From contig JASLXV010000054.1 in the NCBI GenBank assembly GCA_030740155.1, forward strand, positions 55,645 through 119,644: 64,000 nucleotides of DNA. Direction: 5' to 3'. Origin of the DNA: Dehalococcoidia bacterium. GTDB lineage: Bacteria > Chloroflexota > Dehalococcoidia > Lucifugimonadales > UBA3495. Below are positions 1 through 11,311 of this stretch, piece after piece (the stretch's first letter is position 1; every line of letters starts with the position of its first letter). A model generated the notes under the pieces. That model was not told the origin of the DNA, ran no database searches, and worked only from the letters and a program-made list of their open reading frames with translations. The translations under genes and the position numbers were made by a program.

Positions 1-4
1 CCTG

Positions 5-805
5 GTGGTGCTGGCAGTGACGCTGTGGACACAACTGGAGCGGCGGTTCATCTTCTTCCCGTCCTCCGACATCGTCTCCACACCGGACGATGTGGGACTT
101 GCCTACGAGGACGTGTTCTTCACCACCAGCGACGGTTTCCGGTTGCACGCCTGGTTCGTACCCGGCACGACAGACATCACCCTGCTGTGGTTTCACGGAA
201 ACGGGGGGAACATCAGCCATCGGACCGATGATCTGGCGATGTTCCATCACCGGCTCGGGATGAACCTGATGATTATCGACTACCGCGGCTACGGCAGGAG
301 CGATGGGAAACCATCGGAGCAAGGCACCTACCGGGACGCCCGGGCGGCCCTGCGCTACCTTGAGGGAATGCCCGGCGTATCACCGGAGAGGATCGTCTAC
401 TTCGGGCGCTCCCTGGGGGCCGCGGTGGCGGTGGAGTTGGCCGTCGACCACCCCCCACTGGCGCTGGTCCTGGTCTCTCCCTTCGCCTCAATCGGCGACA
501 TGGCCCGCATCGCCTTCCCCCGATTGCCGGTCGGCTGGCTGGTCCGGAACAAGTACAACTCCCTGGCCCGCGTGGCCAAAGTCCAACGCCCCCTGCTCAT
601 CCTCCACGGAGACCGGGACGAAACGGTGCCCATTTCCCAGGGGGAGAAGCTCTTCGCGGCGGCGAACCCGCCCAAGCGGTTTCAGGTCCTGCTTGGGACG
701 GGGCACAACGACTCCCTCGCCGGCGGCGAGACAGACCATTGGGAGGTGCTGGAGGAGTTCTTGGCCGAATTGACGGCCGGTGAAGCCGGTGCCGAAACCG
801 ATTGA
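5..805 (+). CDS. Alpha/beta hydrolase (ABHD13/BEM46-like); probably 5'-truncated by the window edge
   Basis: FHGNGGN, DYRGYG, GRSLG nucleophile elbow, HGDRDETVP and GHND motifs. Confidence 0.85.
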   Translation: MVLAVTLWTQLERRFIFFPSSDIVSTPDDVGLAYEDVFFTTSDGFRLHAWFVPGTTDITLLWFHGNGGNISHRTDDLAMFHHRLGMNLMIIDYRGYGRSDGKPSEQGTYRDARAALRYLEGMPGVSPERIVYFGRSLGAAVAVELAVDHPPLALVLVSPFASIGDMARIAFPRLPVGWLVRNKYNSLARVAKVQRPLLILHGDRDETVPISQGEKLFAAANPPKRFQVLLGTGHNDSLAGGETDHWEVLEEFLAELTAGEAGAETD

Positions 806-830
806 CATCCCCGGTCCGGCTCAATATCAT
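802..830 (+). promoter_or_regulatory. Sigma70-type promoter for the selenoprotein gene
   Basis: TTGACA (802-807), 17 bp, TATCAT (825-830). Confidence 0.7.
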
Positions 831-862
831 CCTCCCCTTTCGACATCGGCTGGGGATGCACC

Positions 863-1126
863 TTGGCAACCACGAAAAAGCTGGAGTTGGAAATCCTTTA
901 CTGTCAGGATTGAGGCCACGCCCCACGCGCCGCCTGGATGGCGGGAGAAGCCTTGAGCCGCGCTGATGGGCATATCGCCAGCTTCAAGCTGACCCCCGGG
1001 CCCCACGGCAAGTTCGACGTAGTTGTCGATGGCCAGGTGATAGCCGAGCACCGCCACGAGCCCAACGCCCACATCTTTCCCGACCTTCAAGACCTGATGA
1101 AGGTGATCAACACCCGCGTCGGCTGA
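863..1126 (+). CDS. SelW/SelT/SelH (Rdx family) selenoprotein with CxxU motif
   Basis: TTG start at 863 after GGGGA; reads MATTKKLELEILYCQD-TGA(911-913)-GHAPRAAWMAGE in frame with ORF 938-1126, which has the Rdx-type G-x-F-D-V-x-V-D-G and FPD motifs. Confidence 0.85.
930..944 (+). promoter_or_regulatory. Putative bacterial SECIS hairpin
   Basis: CCGCC-TGGAT-GGCGG stem-loop about 20 nt downstream of the in-frame TGA. Confidence 0.55.
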
Positions 1127-1240
1127 CTAGCCGGGCGCCGTGGAAGCCACCGGGTGCCGCCGGAGTCAACTTTCACTGCCTCCGGACGCACCCCGTAGCG
1201 CGGCGGCTAACCGCAGCGCCCAATACCGGCGAGCCGGAGG

Positions 1241-1435
1241 CTAGACCTTCTCGGCGTAGTCCAGGTTGTGCAGGTATTTGTTTCCCTCCCCTTCGCCCTC
1301 CACGATCACCACTTCATGCACGAAGTCGTCGTTGGCTTCCAGTGTCTGGGTGACCCCCGTGGTCTCGACCACCAGGCCGCCCCGGGTCTTGAACCGCAAC
1401 CCGGATTCGATGCTTTCCTGCTTCGCGTAGCTCAA
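1241..1435 (-). CDS. Small hypothetical protein (64 aa)
   Basis: TTG start at 1435 preceded by strong GGGGAGGGG RBS; coding-like composition. Confidence 0.6.
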   Translation of the reverse strand: MSYAKQESIESGLRFKTRGGLVVETTGVTQTLEANDDFVHEVVIVEGEGEGNKYLHNLDYAEKV

Positions 1436-1531
1436 TGAACTCCCCTCCCCTTCGGATAGTTTTCTGACTGGGCATCCTATAAGCGAACTTGATCTATTTT
1501 TCCCGCCCTCAGCCCAGATCGGCATCTCAAG

Positions 1532-1719
1532 GGCGTGGGAAAACCCGGCGCCAGAAGTCTACAAACCCTGGTGGCCGGAGTCAAGCTTTTTGCGGGTAGC
1601 CCATCGCGTGGAACGGAACTCCTTGAAGGCGTTCCATCGTCGGCCGCACCGGCGGCAGAACTCTCCTTCTGGCACTTGACGTTGGCCGTTGCGGTATATC
1701 CCGCCGGCCTGGGCATGCC
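1532..1719 (+). ncRNA. Rod-shaped structured RNA, 6S RNA candidate
   Basis: Nested pairings GGCGTG/CATGCC, 1565-1585/1675-1695 (GTCAAG/CTTGAC core) and TGGAACG/CGTTCCA; about 188 nt; many G-U pairs favour the + strand. Confidence 0.55.
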
Positions 1720-1777
1720 GTGCTCTCCCCTGTAGCGTCCATTGCCGGCGAGCCAGAGTACTTCCCGAGGCGAACCT

Positions 1778-2071
1778 CTACACGCCCGAGATTATCTCCG
1801 TTTCGTAATCCAGCAACACCAGGTCATCCCGGCTCCGCTCAACGAAAGAGACCACGTGAGAAAGGATTTCATGGGCGTGAGCGGAATCGTTGGTGACGCA
1901 GCATACTCCCAGCGTCAGCCGTTGCCACAGGTCATTATCGGCCACCTCCGCCACGGCCACGTTAAATTGGTTCCTGATCCGCGCCGTCAAGGAGCGGGCC
2001 ACCTGTCGTTTGGCCTTCAAGCTGTTGGCATCCGGCAAATGCAGCATCAGCCGGCACACCCCAATATGCAA
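1778..2071 (-). CDS. DUF503 (YlxP-like) protein
   Basis: SLKAKRQV...RIRNQFNVAVAEV..NDLWQR signature; TTG start after GGAGG. Confidence 0.85.
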   Translation of the reverse strand: MHIGVCRLMLHLPDANSLKAKRQVARSLTARIRNQFNVAVAEVADNDLWQRLTLGVCCVTNDSAHAHEILSHVVSFVERSRDDLVLLDYETEIISGV

Positions 2072-2128
2072 TTCCAGCCTCCGGAGGCGTTTCATTCCGT
2101 CAGATTGACACGCAGATTGACACGGGAT

Positions 2129-2146
2129 TTGTGCCAATCTTCACAA
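2129..2146. promoter_or_regulatory. Rex operator upstream of rex (autoregulation)
   Basis: TTGTGCCAATCTTCACAA versus consensus TTGTGAANNNNTTCACAA; lies just upstream of a TTGACT -35 box at 2152. Confidence 0.7.
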
Positions 2147-2316
2147 ATACCTTGACTCGATCCAAATCCTCATTATAGATTATAGACGGATTAAACCTGA
2201 GTTGGGTCCATCAATTGAAACCCGGTTGGTTTTCGCTCACCGCCGTTCAGCCAGGCCGCGCGGGCCGGATTGCCGGTTTGCCGGCTTGAACGAGGTGTGA
2301 AGGAGCACATATTGCC

Positions 2317-2979
2317 ATGGCGGGTAAGCCTGAACCGCAGCGGCAGCCCAGGCCTGAGGTTCCAGAGGTGGTGGTCACGCGGCTGCCACAGTACGTCCGC
2401 ATCCTCGGACGCCTGGAACAGGAGGGCTCCGAGGTAGTCAGCTCCCAGCAACTGGGGGAAAAGCTTCAGGTAACCCCCGCTCAGATACGGAAAGACCTCA
2501 GCTATTTCGGCCGGTTCGGCAAGCAGGGCCGGGGTTACAGCGTCCGCCATCTGCTGGACCGGTTACGGGAGATCCTGGGCCTCGATATCCACTGGGACGT
2601 GGCGGTGGTGGGCGTGGGCCGCCTGGGAAGGGCCATCATCAGCTATCCCGGTTTCACCCCCGACGGGTTCCGTCTGATCGCCGCTTTCGATGCCAACCCG
2701 GAAGTCGTGGGCCGGAAGGTGGGCGGCCTGACCGTGGAATCCATGGAGAAACTGGAAGAGCAGTTCAGGATCAAACAAATCAGCATAGCGATCGTGGCGG
2801 TCCCCGTCAGCCACACTCAAGAGGTGGTTGACCTCCTGATAGAGTGCGGTGTCCGGGCTATCGTGAACTACACGCCGACATCGCCCCAGGTCAGCAAAGG
2901 GGTGAAGATACGGAATATCGACCCGGTGCTCTCACTCCAATCGATGACCTACTACCTGACCGATCCCGAGCCTCGATAG
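2317..2979 (+). CDS. rex: Redox-sensing transcriptional repressor Rex
   Basis: RLPQY, QIRKDLSYFGRFGKQGRGY winged helix, GVGRLG Rossmann motif. Confidence 0.97.
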   Translation: MAGKPEPQRQPRPEVPEVVVTRLPQYVRILGRLEQEGSEVVSSQQLGEKLQVTPAQIRKDLSYFGRFGKQGRGYSVRHLLDRLREILGLDIHWDVAVVGVGRLGRAIISYPGFTPDGFRLIAAFDANPEVVGRKVGGLTVESMEKLEEQFRIKQISIAIVAVPVSHTQEVVDLLIECGVRAIVNYTPTSPQVSKGVKIRNIDPVLSLQSMTYYLTDPEPR

Positions 2980-3059
2980 TCCGGTACCGGCGCCCCGTAC
3001 ATCCAGCAGGGGGCGCCTCGCCTTCGAGGGCCGGGCAACCCGGCCCGCCGGTTTAGCCT

Positions 3060-3518
3060 TTATCCGGAAGCGCTTGGGCCGGAGTCCGCCGCACCCGGCG
3101 AGATGCCGCTCCGGACCCGCCGCCGGCGGACCACGTTCAAACGAATCTGGGCCCGCCGGATGGCCATTACCGCGCGCTCCATCTGCAGGTCCTCTGCCTG
3201 GTGGGCCAGGCGCTCTTTGGCCCGTTCCACCGCCGTCTGGGCCCGGGCTTCGTCAATCTCGTCGGCCCGCTCGCAGGCATCGGCCAGGATGGTCACCTTG
3301 TTGCCGATGACCTCCATGAAGCCCCCAGTAACGGCCAGGAAAGTACCCTGTCCATCTATGCGAATCGCCACTTCCCCGGGTTGTAGAATGGTCATCAGAG
3401 GGGCGTGGTGAGGCAAAATTCCCAGTTCACCATCAATTCCGGGGGCGACCACCATCTCCACATCGTCACCGAAGACTTGCCGCTCCGCGGTGATGATCTC
3501 CAACTGCATCGTTGCCAT
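3060..3518 (-). CDS. atpC: ATP synthase F1 epsilon subunit
   Basis: GELGILPHHAP, GGFMEV; operon position. Confidence 0.96.
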   Translation of the reverse strand: MATMQLEIITAERQVFGDDVEMVVAPGIDGELGILPHHAPLMTILQPGEVAIRIDGQGTFLAVTGGFMEVIGNKVTILADACERADEIDEARAQTAVERAKERLAHQAEDLQMERAVMAIRRAQIRLNVVRRRRVRSGISPGAADSGPSASG

Positions 3519-3529
3519 GGCGCAGCCCC

Positions 3530-4939
<1,410 letters not shown>

Positions 4940-4951
4940 TTACTGTTCCCT

Positions 4952-5815
4952 CTAGCCCTCGAGGGCTATCATCCCGCCAACTAGGTCCAGAAGCTCATTG
5001 GTGATGCTGTCCTGGCGCAGCTTGTTCATGACCAGGGTCAGGTCGTCGACCAACCCGTTAGCGTTGTCCGTGGCGGCGCGCATGGCCACCATCCGGGCCG
5101 ACTGCTCGCTGGCGATGGACTCCAGCAGGGCGTGATACACCTCCATCTCCACGAACCGCGGCAGCAGGTTCCCCAAGACCGTGATGGGATTGGGCTCGTA
5201 GATGTAGCCCACCCGTTCCGGCGCGGTGAGGGCTGCCGGTGTCACCGGCAGCAGCTTCTCCACCACGGGCACCTGGGACAGGGTGGACACGTACTTGGTG
5301 TAGGCCAAGTACACCTCATCCACCTCCCCTTCCGTGTACGCGTCGATCACCAGGTGGGAGACGGCCATGGTATCGGCCTGAGCCGGACTTTCTCCCATGT
5401 CGGTGAATACCGCCTTCAAGTCTTGCGAAGTGCGGACCATGAAATCGCGCGCCTTTCGCCCAACCACGATCACCCGGCAGGGCGCGGCCTGCTCCAACAC
5501 GAACTGGCCCACTCTGCGATTGAGGTTGGAAACCAGGCCGCCGCAGAGACCTCGGTCCGGGCTGATCGCCAGGACCCCGATCCGCTGCACCGGCCTTTCG
5601 CGAAGCAGAGCGTGGGGCCCTCCGCCTTCCTCGCTGGGCTGGGCCGCCAGGTGGGAGATGATCTCCTGGATCTTCTCTGCGTAGGGACGGCCCTGAGTGA
5701 CCGCCATCTGCGCCCGGCGCATCTTGGACGCGGCGATCAACGACATGGCGTTGGTCACCTTGCCCGTGTTTTGCACGCTTCGTATGCGGCGGCGCAAGTC
5801 TCTTACATTGGCCAC
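4952..5815 (-). CDS. atpG: ATP synthase F1 gamma subunit
   Basis: DRGLCG, SEQSARMVAM, RQDSITNEL. Confidence 0.98.
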   Translation of the reverse strand: MANVRDLRRRIRSVQNTGKVTNAMSLIAASKMRRAQMAVTQGRPYAEKIQEIISHLAAQPSEEGGGPHALLRERPVQRIGVLAISPDRGLCGGLVSNLNRRVGQFVLEQAAPCRVIVVGRKARDFMVRTSQDLKAVFTDMGESPAQADTMAVSHLVIDAYTEGEVDEVYLAYTKYVSTLSQVPVVEKLLPVTPAALTAPERVGYIYEPNPITVLGNLLPRFVEMEVYHALLESIASEQSARMVAMRAATDNANGLVDDLTLVMNKLRQDSITNELLDLVGGMIALEG

Positions 5816-6104
5816 GTGGTCATTCCCTTTTTCAACATCCCCAGAGGGGGCCGGTCTTCCACATCAGCGAGGGGCCATCGCCAGACCTGCTGGCAAGTTT
5901 CATTCCTCGTGGCGGGCCGGTCCCCACCGACTGCGGACAATTGCTTCGAATCTAGTGCCCCTGATGCACCCCCCTACTACGAAGGGGGTCGAGCTTCCGG
6001 TCAGGACCAGAGTCCCCGGCCTACAGTTTCACCATCCTCCCCTGCGTCTGGGGAGCGACCGTTGCGCCGGCGTAACGACAGTTGTCGCAATCGTCAGGAG
6101 GGGC

Positions 6105-7616
6105 CTAGGCGGTGAAGGTGGCCTTGAAATCGGTGATGGCCTTGGTCAGCTCGGCCTCGACCTCCGTCGTCAGGTCCCCGGTTTCACCGATGCTCTTCAT
6201 CAGGTCCGGATTGGCGCTGGTCACCTGGCGAAGCAACCCGTCTTCAAAAGCGCCGCACTGGTCCAGGGGCAACCCTTCGAGGAGACCCTCGTTGACCGCG
6301 TACAGGATGACCACCTCTTCCGCGAGGGACAAGGGCCGGTATTGGGGTTGCTTCAATACCTCGGTGGCCAGCTGGCCCCGGGTCAGTTGGGCCCTGGTGG
6401 CCGCGTCCAGATCAGAGGTGCCGAACTGGGCAAAGGTGGCCAGTTCCCGGTACTGGGCGAGGTCCAGCCGGAGCCGCCCCGCCACGCGGCGGATGGCCCG
6501 GCTCTGAGCGGCGCCGCCGACGCGGGAAACGGAAAGGCCGACGTTGACCGCCGGACGGATCCCGCTGTTGAACAACTCCGGCTCCAGGTAGATCTGGCCG
6601 TCGGTAATGGAGATAACGTTGGTCGGAATGTAAGCCGAGACGTCTCCCGCCTGAGTTTCTATGATGGGAAGCGCCGTAATGGAGCCGCCGCCCAATTCAT
6701 CGCTCAGCTTGGCTGACCGCTCCAGCAGGCGGCTGTGCAGGTAGAAGATGTCTCCGGGGTAAGCCTCCCGCCCGGCGGGCCGGCGCAGCAAGAGGGACAT
6801 CTGCCGGTAGGCCCAGGCGTGCTTCGTCAGGTCGTCATAGACGATCAAGACATCCTTGCCCTGGCCCATGAACTCCTCGGCCATCGAGCACCCCGCATAG
6901 GGGGCAATATACTGTAAGGGCGCGGATTCCGAAGCCCCGGCGTTGACCACGATGGTGTGGGCCATGGCCCCGTTTTCTTCCAGTATGCCCACCACCTGGG
7001 CCACCTTGCCCTGTTTCTGGCCGATGGCCACGTAGATGCAGACCAGGTCGCCGCCTTTCTGATTGATGATCGTGTCCAGCGCGATGGCGGTCTTGCCGGT
7101 GGTCCGGTCGCCGATGATCAGCTCCCGCTGTCCCCGGCCGATGGGTATCATGGCGTCCACGGCCTTGATGCCCGTCTGTACCGGGGTATCCACCGATTTG
7201 CGGGCCACCACGTTGGGAGCGGTCCGTTCCACCGGCTGGGTGCCAGTGCTGGCGATAGGACCCTTGCCGTCCAGGGGCCGCCCGAGGGGATCGACAACGC
7301 GGCCGATCAGCGCATCGCCCACCGGCACTTCGATGATCCTGCCGGTGGACCGCACGCGGTCGCCTTCCTTCACCGAGTTGGGATCGCCCAAGATGGCGGC
7401 CCCTACCAGGTCTGCTTCCAGGTTCAGCGCCAACCCCAGGACATCGTTGCCAAAGTCCAACAGCTCGTTGGCGCGGGCGCCTCGCAGGCCCTGGATACTG
7501 GCAATACCGTCGCCTACTCCCACCACCGTTCCCACGTCCACCAGGGTCAGGTCGCCGCCGAACTCCTCAATCTGCCGCTTGATCAGAGATACAATTTCCT
7601 GTCCCCTAGTCGCCAT
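6105..7616 (-). CDS. atpA: ATP synthase F1 alpha subunit
   Basis: [31 protein letters not shown]. Confidence 0.99.
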   Translation of the reverse strand: MATRGQEIVSLIKRQIEEFGGDLTLVDVGTVVGVGDGIASIQGLRGARANELLDFGNDVLGLALNLEADLVGAAILGDPNSVKEGDRVRSTGRIIEVPVGDALIGRVVDPLGRPLDGKGPIASTGTQPVERTAPNVVARKSVDTPVQTGIKAVDAMIPIGRGQRELIIGDRTTGKTAIALDTIINQKGGDLVCIYVAIGQKQGKVAQVVGILEENGAMAHTIVVNAGASESAPLQYIAPYAGCSMAEEFMGQGKDVLIVYDDLTKHAWAYRQMSLLLRRPAGREAYPGDIFYLHSRLLERSAKLSDELGGGSITALPIIETQAGDVSAYIPTNVISITDGQIYLEPELFNSGIRPAVNVGLSVSRVGGAAQSRAIRRVAGRLRLDLAQYRELATFAQFGTSDLDAATRAQLTRGQLATEVLKQPQYRPLSLAEEVVILYAVNEGLLEGLPLDQCGAFEDGLLRQVTSANPDLMKSIGETGDLTTEVEAELTKAITDFKATFTA

Positions 7617-7812
7617 TGGCGCCGCTCCTTCGTAACCCCTTAAAGCGTGTTATCTGCCCGCCAGTCCCGGCTCGCCAGGTCCAGCTCCGTCTTGTTATTC
7701 ATTAAAAAAGCCAGGTCTTCCCGCCAAAGTTGAAAGGCCGTTCGCCTCTTCGGCGGCTCCGGCCTGGCCGGAAGGCCTTAACTCGACCCTGTTTTCGCCT
7801 TTCGCCTGGCTC

Positions 7813-8364
7813 TCAGGCCCCCGTGGTCATAACCTCTGAGTGCAATCGGCCGCGCAAAGAGTCCAGCTGGGACCGGGTGCTGCCGTCCAACAACTGGTCC
7901 CCAATTTGGATAACCAGACCGCCCAGGATGGCTTCATCCACCTGAGTGGAGACCACGACCTCTTTCCCGGCCAGCTTGGAGACGAATTGGGTAATCTGCT
8001 CCAATTCCTGCTGGTCCAGAGGCACGGCCGAAATCACCTGAACTCGCTGCCGGCCCAGGTGCTCATCCAGGAGAACCCCATACGACTCCCGAACCTCGGG
8101 GACCAAATCCACCAGGCCCTTTGCAACCAGAAGGTCGACCAGGTTGCGGATCAGCGGGTGGACCTCCGGCAGCACTTGACCGATGGCATTAAATTTGCTC
8201 TCAACGGGAACGTCCGCGTGCTTCAGGAAAGCCATGAAGTCCTCGTTCCCAACGGCCTGATCGACGGCCTCCAGATCGCTGGCCCACAGGTCCAGATGGC
8301 CGCCTTCCTTCGCCAGCTCGAACATCGCCTGGGCGTACCGCTTTCCCGAGATTTTTCGCGGCAT
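7813..8364 (-). CDS. atpH: ATP synthase F1 delta subunit
   Basis: RYAQAMF, ILGGLVIQIGDQLLDGS. Confidence 0.95.
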   Translation of the reverse strand: MPRKISGKRYAQAMFELAKEGGHLDLWASDLEAVDQAVGNEDFMAFLKHADVPVESKFNAIGQVLPEVHPLIRNLVDLLVAKGLVDLVPEVRESYGVLLDEHLGRQRVQVISAVPLDQQELEQITQFVSKLAGKEVVVSTQVDEAILGGLVIQIGDQLLDGSTRSQLDSLRGRLHSEVMTTGA

Positions 8365-8371
8365 CGGCTAC

Positions 8372-8893
8372 TTAACCCCTCGGCCCCCCGGCATGCTCCC
8401 CTTCTTCCAGCACCTGAGCAATCAACTCCTGATGAGCCTGCCGGTCCAGGGAACGCCGGATCACCCGCTCGGCCGCGGTAATGGCCAAGTCGCCAAAGTT
8501 GGCCCGTACCTCTTCAATGGCCGCGTCCCGCTCCCGCTGGATGTCAGAACGGGCGCGCTCCACGAATGCCTCCGCTTCCTGCTGGGCCCGTTCCATCTCC
8601 TCACCACGAAACCGCTCAGAGGCCTCCCGGGCCTGTTCCAGCAACTGCTGTCCCTCCCGGCGGGCTTCGTTGAGCTGCGCCTCGACGGCTGCCTCAGAGG
8701 TGGCCGCCGACGCCTGGGCCCGTTCCGCGGCTTCCAGGCTCTCCTGAATACGCCCGGACCGCTGGTCCAAGACGCGAAGGAGCGGCCTGTAGGCGAAGAA
8801 GACGAGCACACCCAACAGGATGAGGAAGTTGAGGACGTACGCTATCAGACTGGGTAGGTTGACTCCCAGCTCAGTGATCCCCAGTAGCGTCAT
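8372..8893 (-). CDS. atpF: ATP synthase Fo b subunit
   Basis: N-terminal TM helix followed by charged coiled coil; operon position. Confidence 0.95.
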   Translation of the reverse strand: MTLLGITELGVNLPSLIAYVLNFLILLGVLVFFAYRPLLRVLDQRSGRIQESLEAAERAQASAATSEAAVEAQLNEARREGQQLLEQAREASERFRGEEMERAQQEAEAFVERARSDIQRERDAAIEEVRANFGDLAITAAERVIRRSLDRQAHQELIAQVLEEGEHAGGPRG

Positions 8894-8894
8894 G

Positions 8895-9155
<261 letters not shown>

Positions 9156-9376
9156 TTATCCTCCTACGACGTTCTTCATTTCAAATTTCCAGAATGATCG
9201 CACCGGACCAAGCCGGTTAATCGCCCAAGTCCCAACCCTTCAATCGACTCCGGATTTCACCCGGTTTCAGCCCGGTTCACCCGGGCATTGGACGGGCCGC
9301 CTCCGCGACCGGAGCGTTTCCGTCCCTCGCCGATCGTGGCGGCGCCGTCTCCCAACCGGAGGCGCACTGCATCAGC

Positions 9377-10360
9377 TTAATGCTCTTCATGCCGGACCGC
9401 AACTGAAAGGAACACCACGGTGAGGCTAGCGAAGATCACCGACTGAATCAGCCCCACCAGCAGCTCCAGGCCGAACACGAACTGGGTGGCCACGAAAGGG
9501 ACCAGGAAGGTTATCATCACGACCAGGATTTCTCCGGCCGTCATGTTGCCGAAGAGCCGGAAGGTGAAGCTCACCACCCGCACCAACTCACTGGTAAGCT
9601 CTAGAAACCCCACGAAGGCGTCGATCAAGCCCATCGGCTTACCCCGGAGCAGATTCCCCAGGGCAAAGAATTTCTTTAAGTAGGCGAACTTGTGGGCTCG
9701 GAGGCCCCAGTACTCCACGAAAACGAAGGAGACCAACGCCAGCGCCAGGGGCATGTTCAGGTCCGTTCCCGCCGACCGCAGCAGGTGGGCCTTGATGTCC
9801 CCATCAACGACGAAGCCAAGGAACTGATAGAAGGGGAGAAGGGCCAGCCAGGCGTTGAACAGGACGAAGAAGAAGATGGTGGCGACAATCGGGAAAGCCT
9901 TCTTCGCCATTTCGGAGCCCAGAACGCTGCTGCAAAAACCGAGGAGCGCTTCAAACAGGACTTCCACCAGGCCTTGAAAGCGGCCGGGCACCAGGCTCTT
10001 TTTTCGGGCAGCCATGACAAAGAAGAGGATGATGACGAGGGTGGCGAACCAGGACGCGAGGAGGGTGTTGGTGACGGCGAACTGGGTCATACCCAGCGGC
10101 TTCGAGTGGGCCTCTTCGGCAGCGTCCTCCGAGGCTTCTCCGTCGTGGGCTCCAGTGTCGGTTAGGCCGAGGTGTTCATCGCGAGTGGAGGAGGGGAAAA
10201 CCGGCTGGGGCGGAAGGTGGATCTCCGGTTTATCCAAGAATTGATCGGTACCAAACATGGCCGAACCGATGGCGCCGAACGTGAAACCCGCTACCAGCAG
10301 CGCCACCATGCCCAGGCCAACCACTACCAGCAGCTTCTTCGCTACAGTCCCCGATGGCAC
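9377..10360 (-). CDS. atpB: ATP synthase Fo a subunit
   Basis: PGRFQ, FRLFGNMTAGE, IQSVIF. Confidence 0.96.
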   Translation of the reverse strand: MPSGTVAKKLLVVVGLGMVALLVAGFTFGAIGSAMFGTDQFLDKPEIHLPPQPVFPSSTRDEHLGLTDTGAHDGEASEDAAEEAHSKPLGMTQFAVTNTLLASWFATLVIILFFVMAARKKSLVPGRFQGLVEVLFEALLGFCSSVLGSEMAKKAFPIVATIFFFVLFNAWLALLPFYQFLGFVVDGDIKAHLLRSAGTDLNMPLALALVSFVFVEYWGLRAHKFAYLKKFFALGNLLRGKPMGLIDAFVGFLELTSELVRVVSFTFRLFGNMTAGEILVVMITFLVPFVATQFVFGLELLVGLIQSVIFASLTVVFLSVAVRHEEH

Positions 10361-10602
10361 TAGCGATTCCTGCCCTTTCCGCTCATATCACCCCGTTTGG
10401 CGCTGTTCAGGACCGGCTGCACCAATTTATAGAGACCCCAAAAAGCCACGACCGTGCCCAGCACGGTACCCAATGCAAAAAACAGGGGTGTGGTGCCTGC
10501 CAACTTGTCTAGTCCGAGCCCCCCGACTATACCCAGCACAATGCACGCGGCTACGTACCAGCCGAGCCCCAGGAAGCGCAGACCAATGACCCAACCGTTC
10601 AT
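10360..10602 (-). CDS. AtpZ/AtpI-family small membrane protein
   Basis: Two TM helices with GxxLD..GTTP motif; first gene of the atp operon. Confidence 0.85.
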   Translation of the reverse strand: MNGWVIGLRFLGLGWYVAACIVLGIVGGLGLDKLAGTTPLFFALGTVLGTVVAFWGLYKLVQPVLNSAKRGDMSGKGRNR

Positions 10603-10614
10603 CCTCGAAAAACC

Positions 10615-10650
10615 TCGTGAATCGTATCACGATGTTTTTGCAAAAGTCAA
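10615..10650 (-). promoter_or_regulatory. atp operon promoter with overlapping Rex-like operator
   Basis: Minus strand TTGACT, 18 bp, TGn-extended TACGAT; palindrome TCGTGAATCGTATCACGA at 10615-10632 covers the -10 box. Confidence 0.65.
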
Positions 10651-10750
10651 TCGAAGCCGGGGCCACTAAATTCGTGCCCAGCGGCAGAGAAAAACCCAGG
10701 CGGTCGACACGCCTGGGTCTATTTCCTCGCTGGGGCGGCCGTCGCCCACG

Positions 10751-11311
10751 TCACTTGCCCGGCCGTTCCTTGCCGAAGTCCTCCAGGTCCAAGGTGTCGA
10801 TGAACTCGGTGAACGCAGACATCCGCCGCAACTCCTCCTCGTCGAGTTCGACGGGCGCTCCCGACCCTTCCCCTTCCGCCGGTTCGGAGCCGATGGGCTT
10901 GCCAGTCTCCTTGTCCAGCAGGATCCCAGCCTTGTCCAGGACCGATTCCTCGGCGTAAATGGGCACTTGCGCCCGCACCGCCAGGGCTACCGCATCGCTG
11001 GGCCGGCAATCGATCTCCTTGGCTTCCCCGTTGGTCTGGATAGAGATCTTCGCGTAGAAGGTATCGTTATGTAAATCATTGACCAGGATATGCTTGACCG
11101 ACCCGCCCAGAGTATCTATCACCGTACGGAGCAGATCGTGGGTCAGGGGCCGGGGCACGCTGAGGTCTTGGAGTTTAACCGCGATGGCATCGGCCTCCGC
11201 GGGGCCGATCCAGATAGGCAGATACCGGTCAGCGTCCTTCTCTTTCAGGATCACTACCCGCTGATAGTTCATCGAGCTGACCCGTACGCTGTCTATGGTC
11301 ATCTCCAGCAT
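10751..11311 (-). CDS. Bifunctional nuclease family protein (DUF151)
   Basis: LPIWIGPAEA, RPLTHDL, DCRPSDAVALA. Confidence 0.93.
   Translation of the reverse strand: MLEMTIDSVRVSSMNYQRVVILKEKDADRYLPIWIGPAEADAIAVKLQDLSVPRPLTHDLLRTVIDTLGGSVKHILVNDLHNDTFYAKISIQTNGEAKEIDCRPSDAVALAVRAQVPIYAEESVLDKAGILLDKETGKPIGSEPAEGEGSGAPVELDEEELRRMSAFTEFIDTLDLEDFGKERPGK

Noticed and set aside
938..1126. 62-aa ORF as listed in the track
   Set aside because: It lacks the N-terminal redox motif and is better explained as the 3' part of the UGA read-through gene starting at 863.
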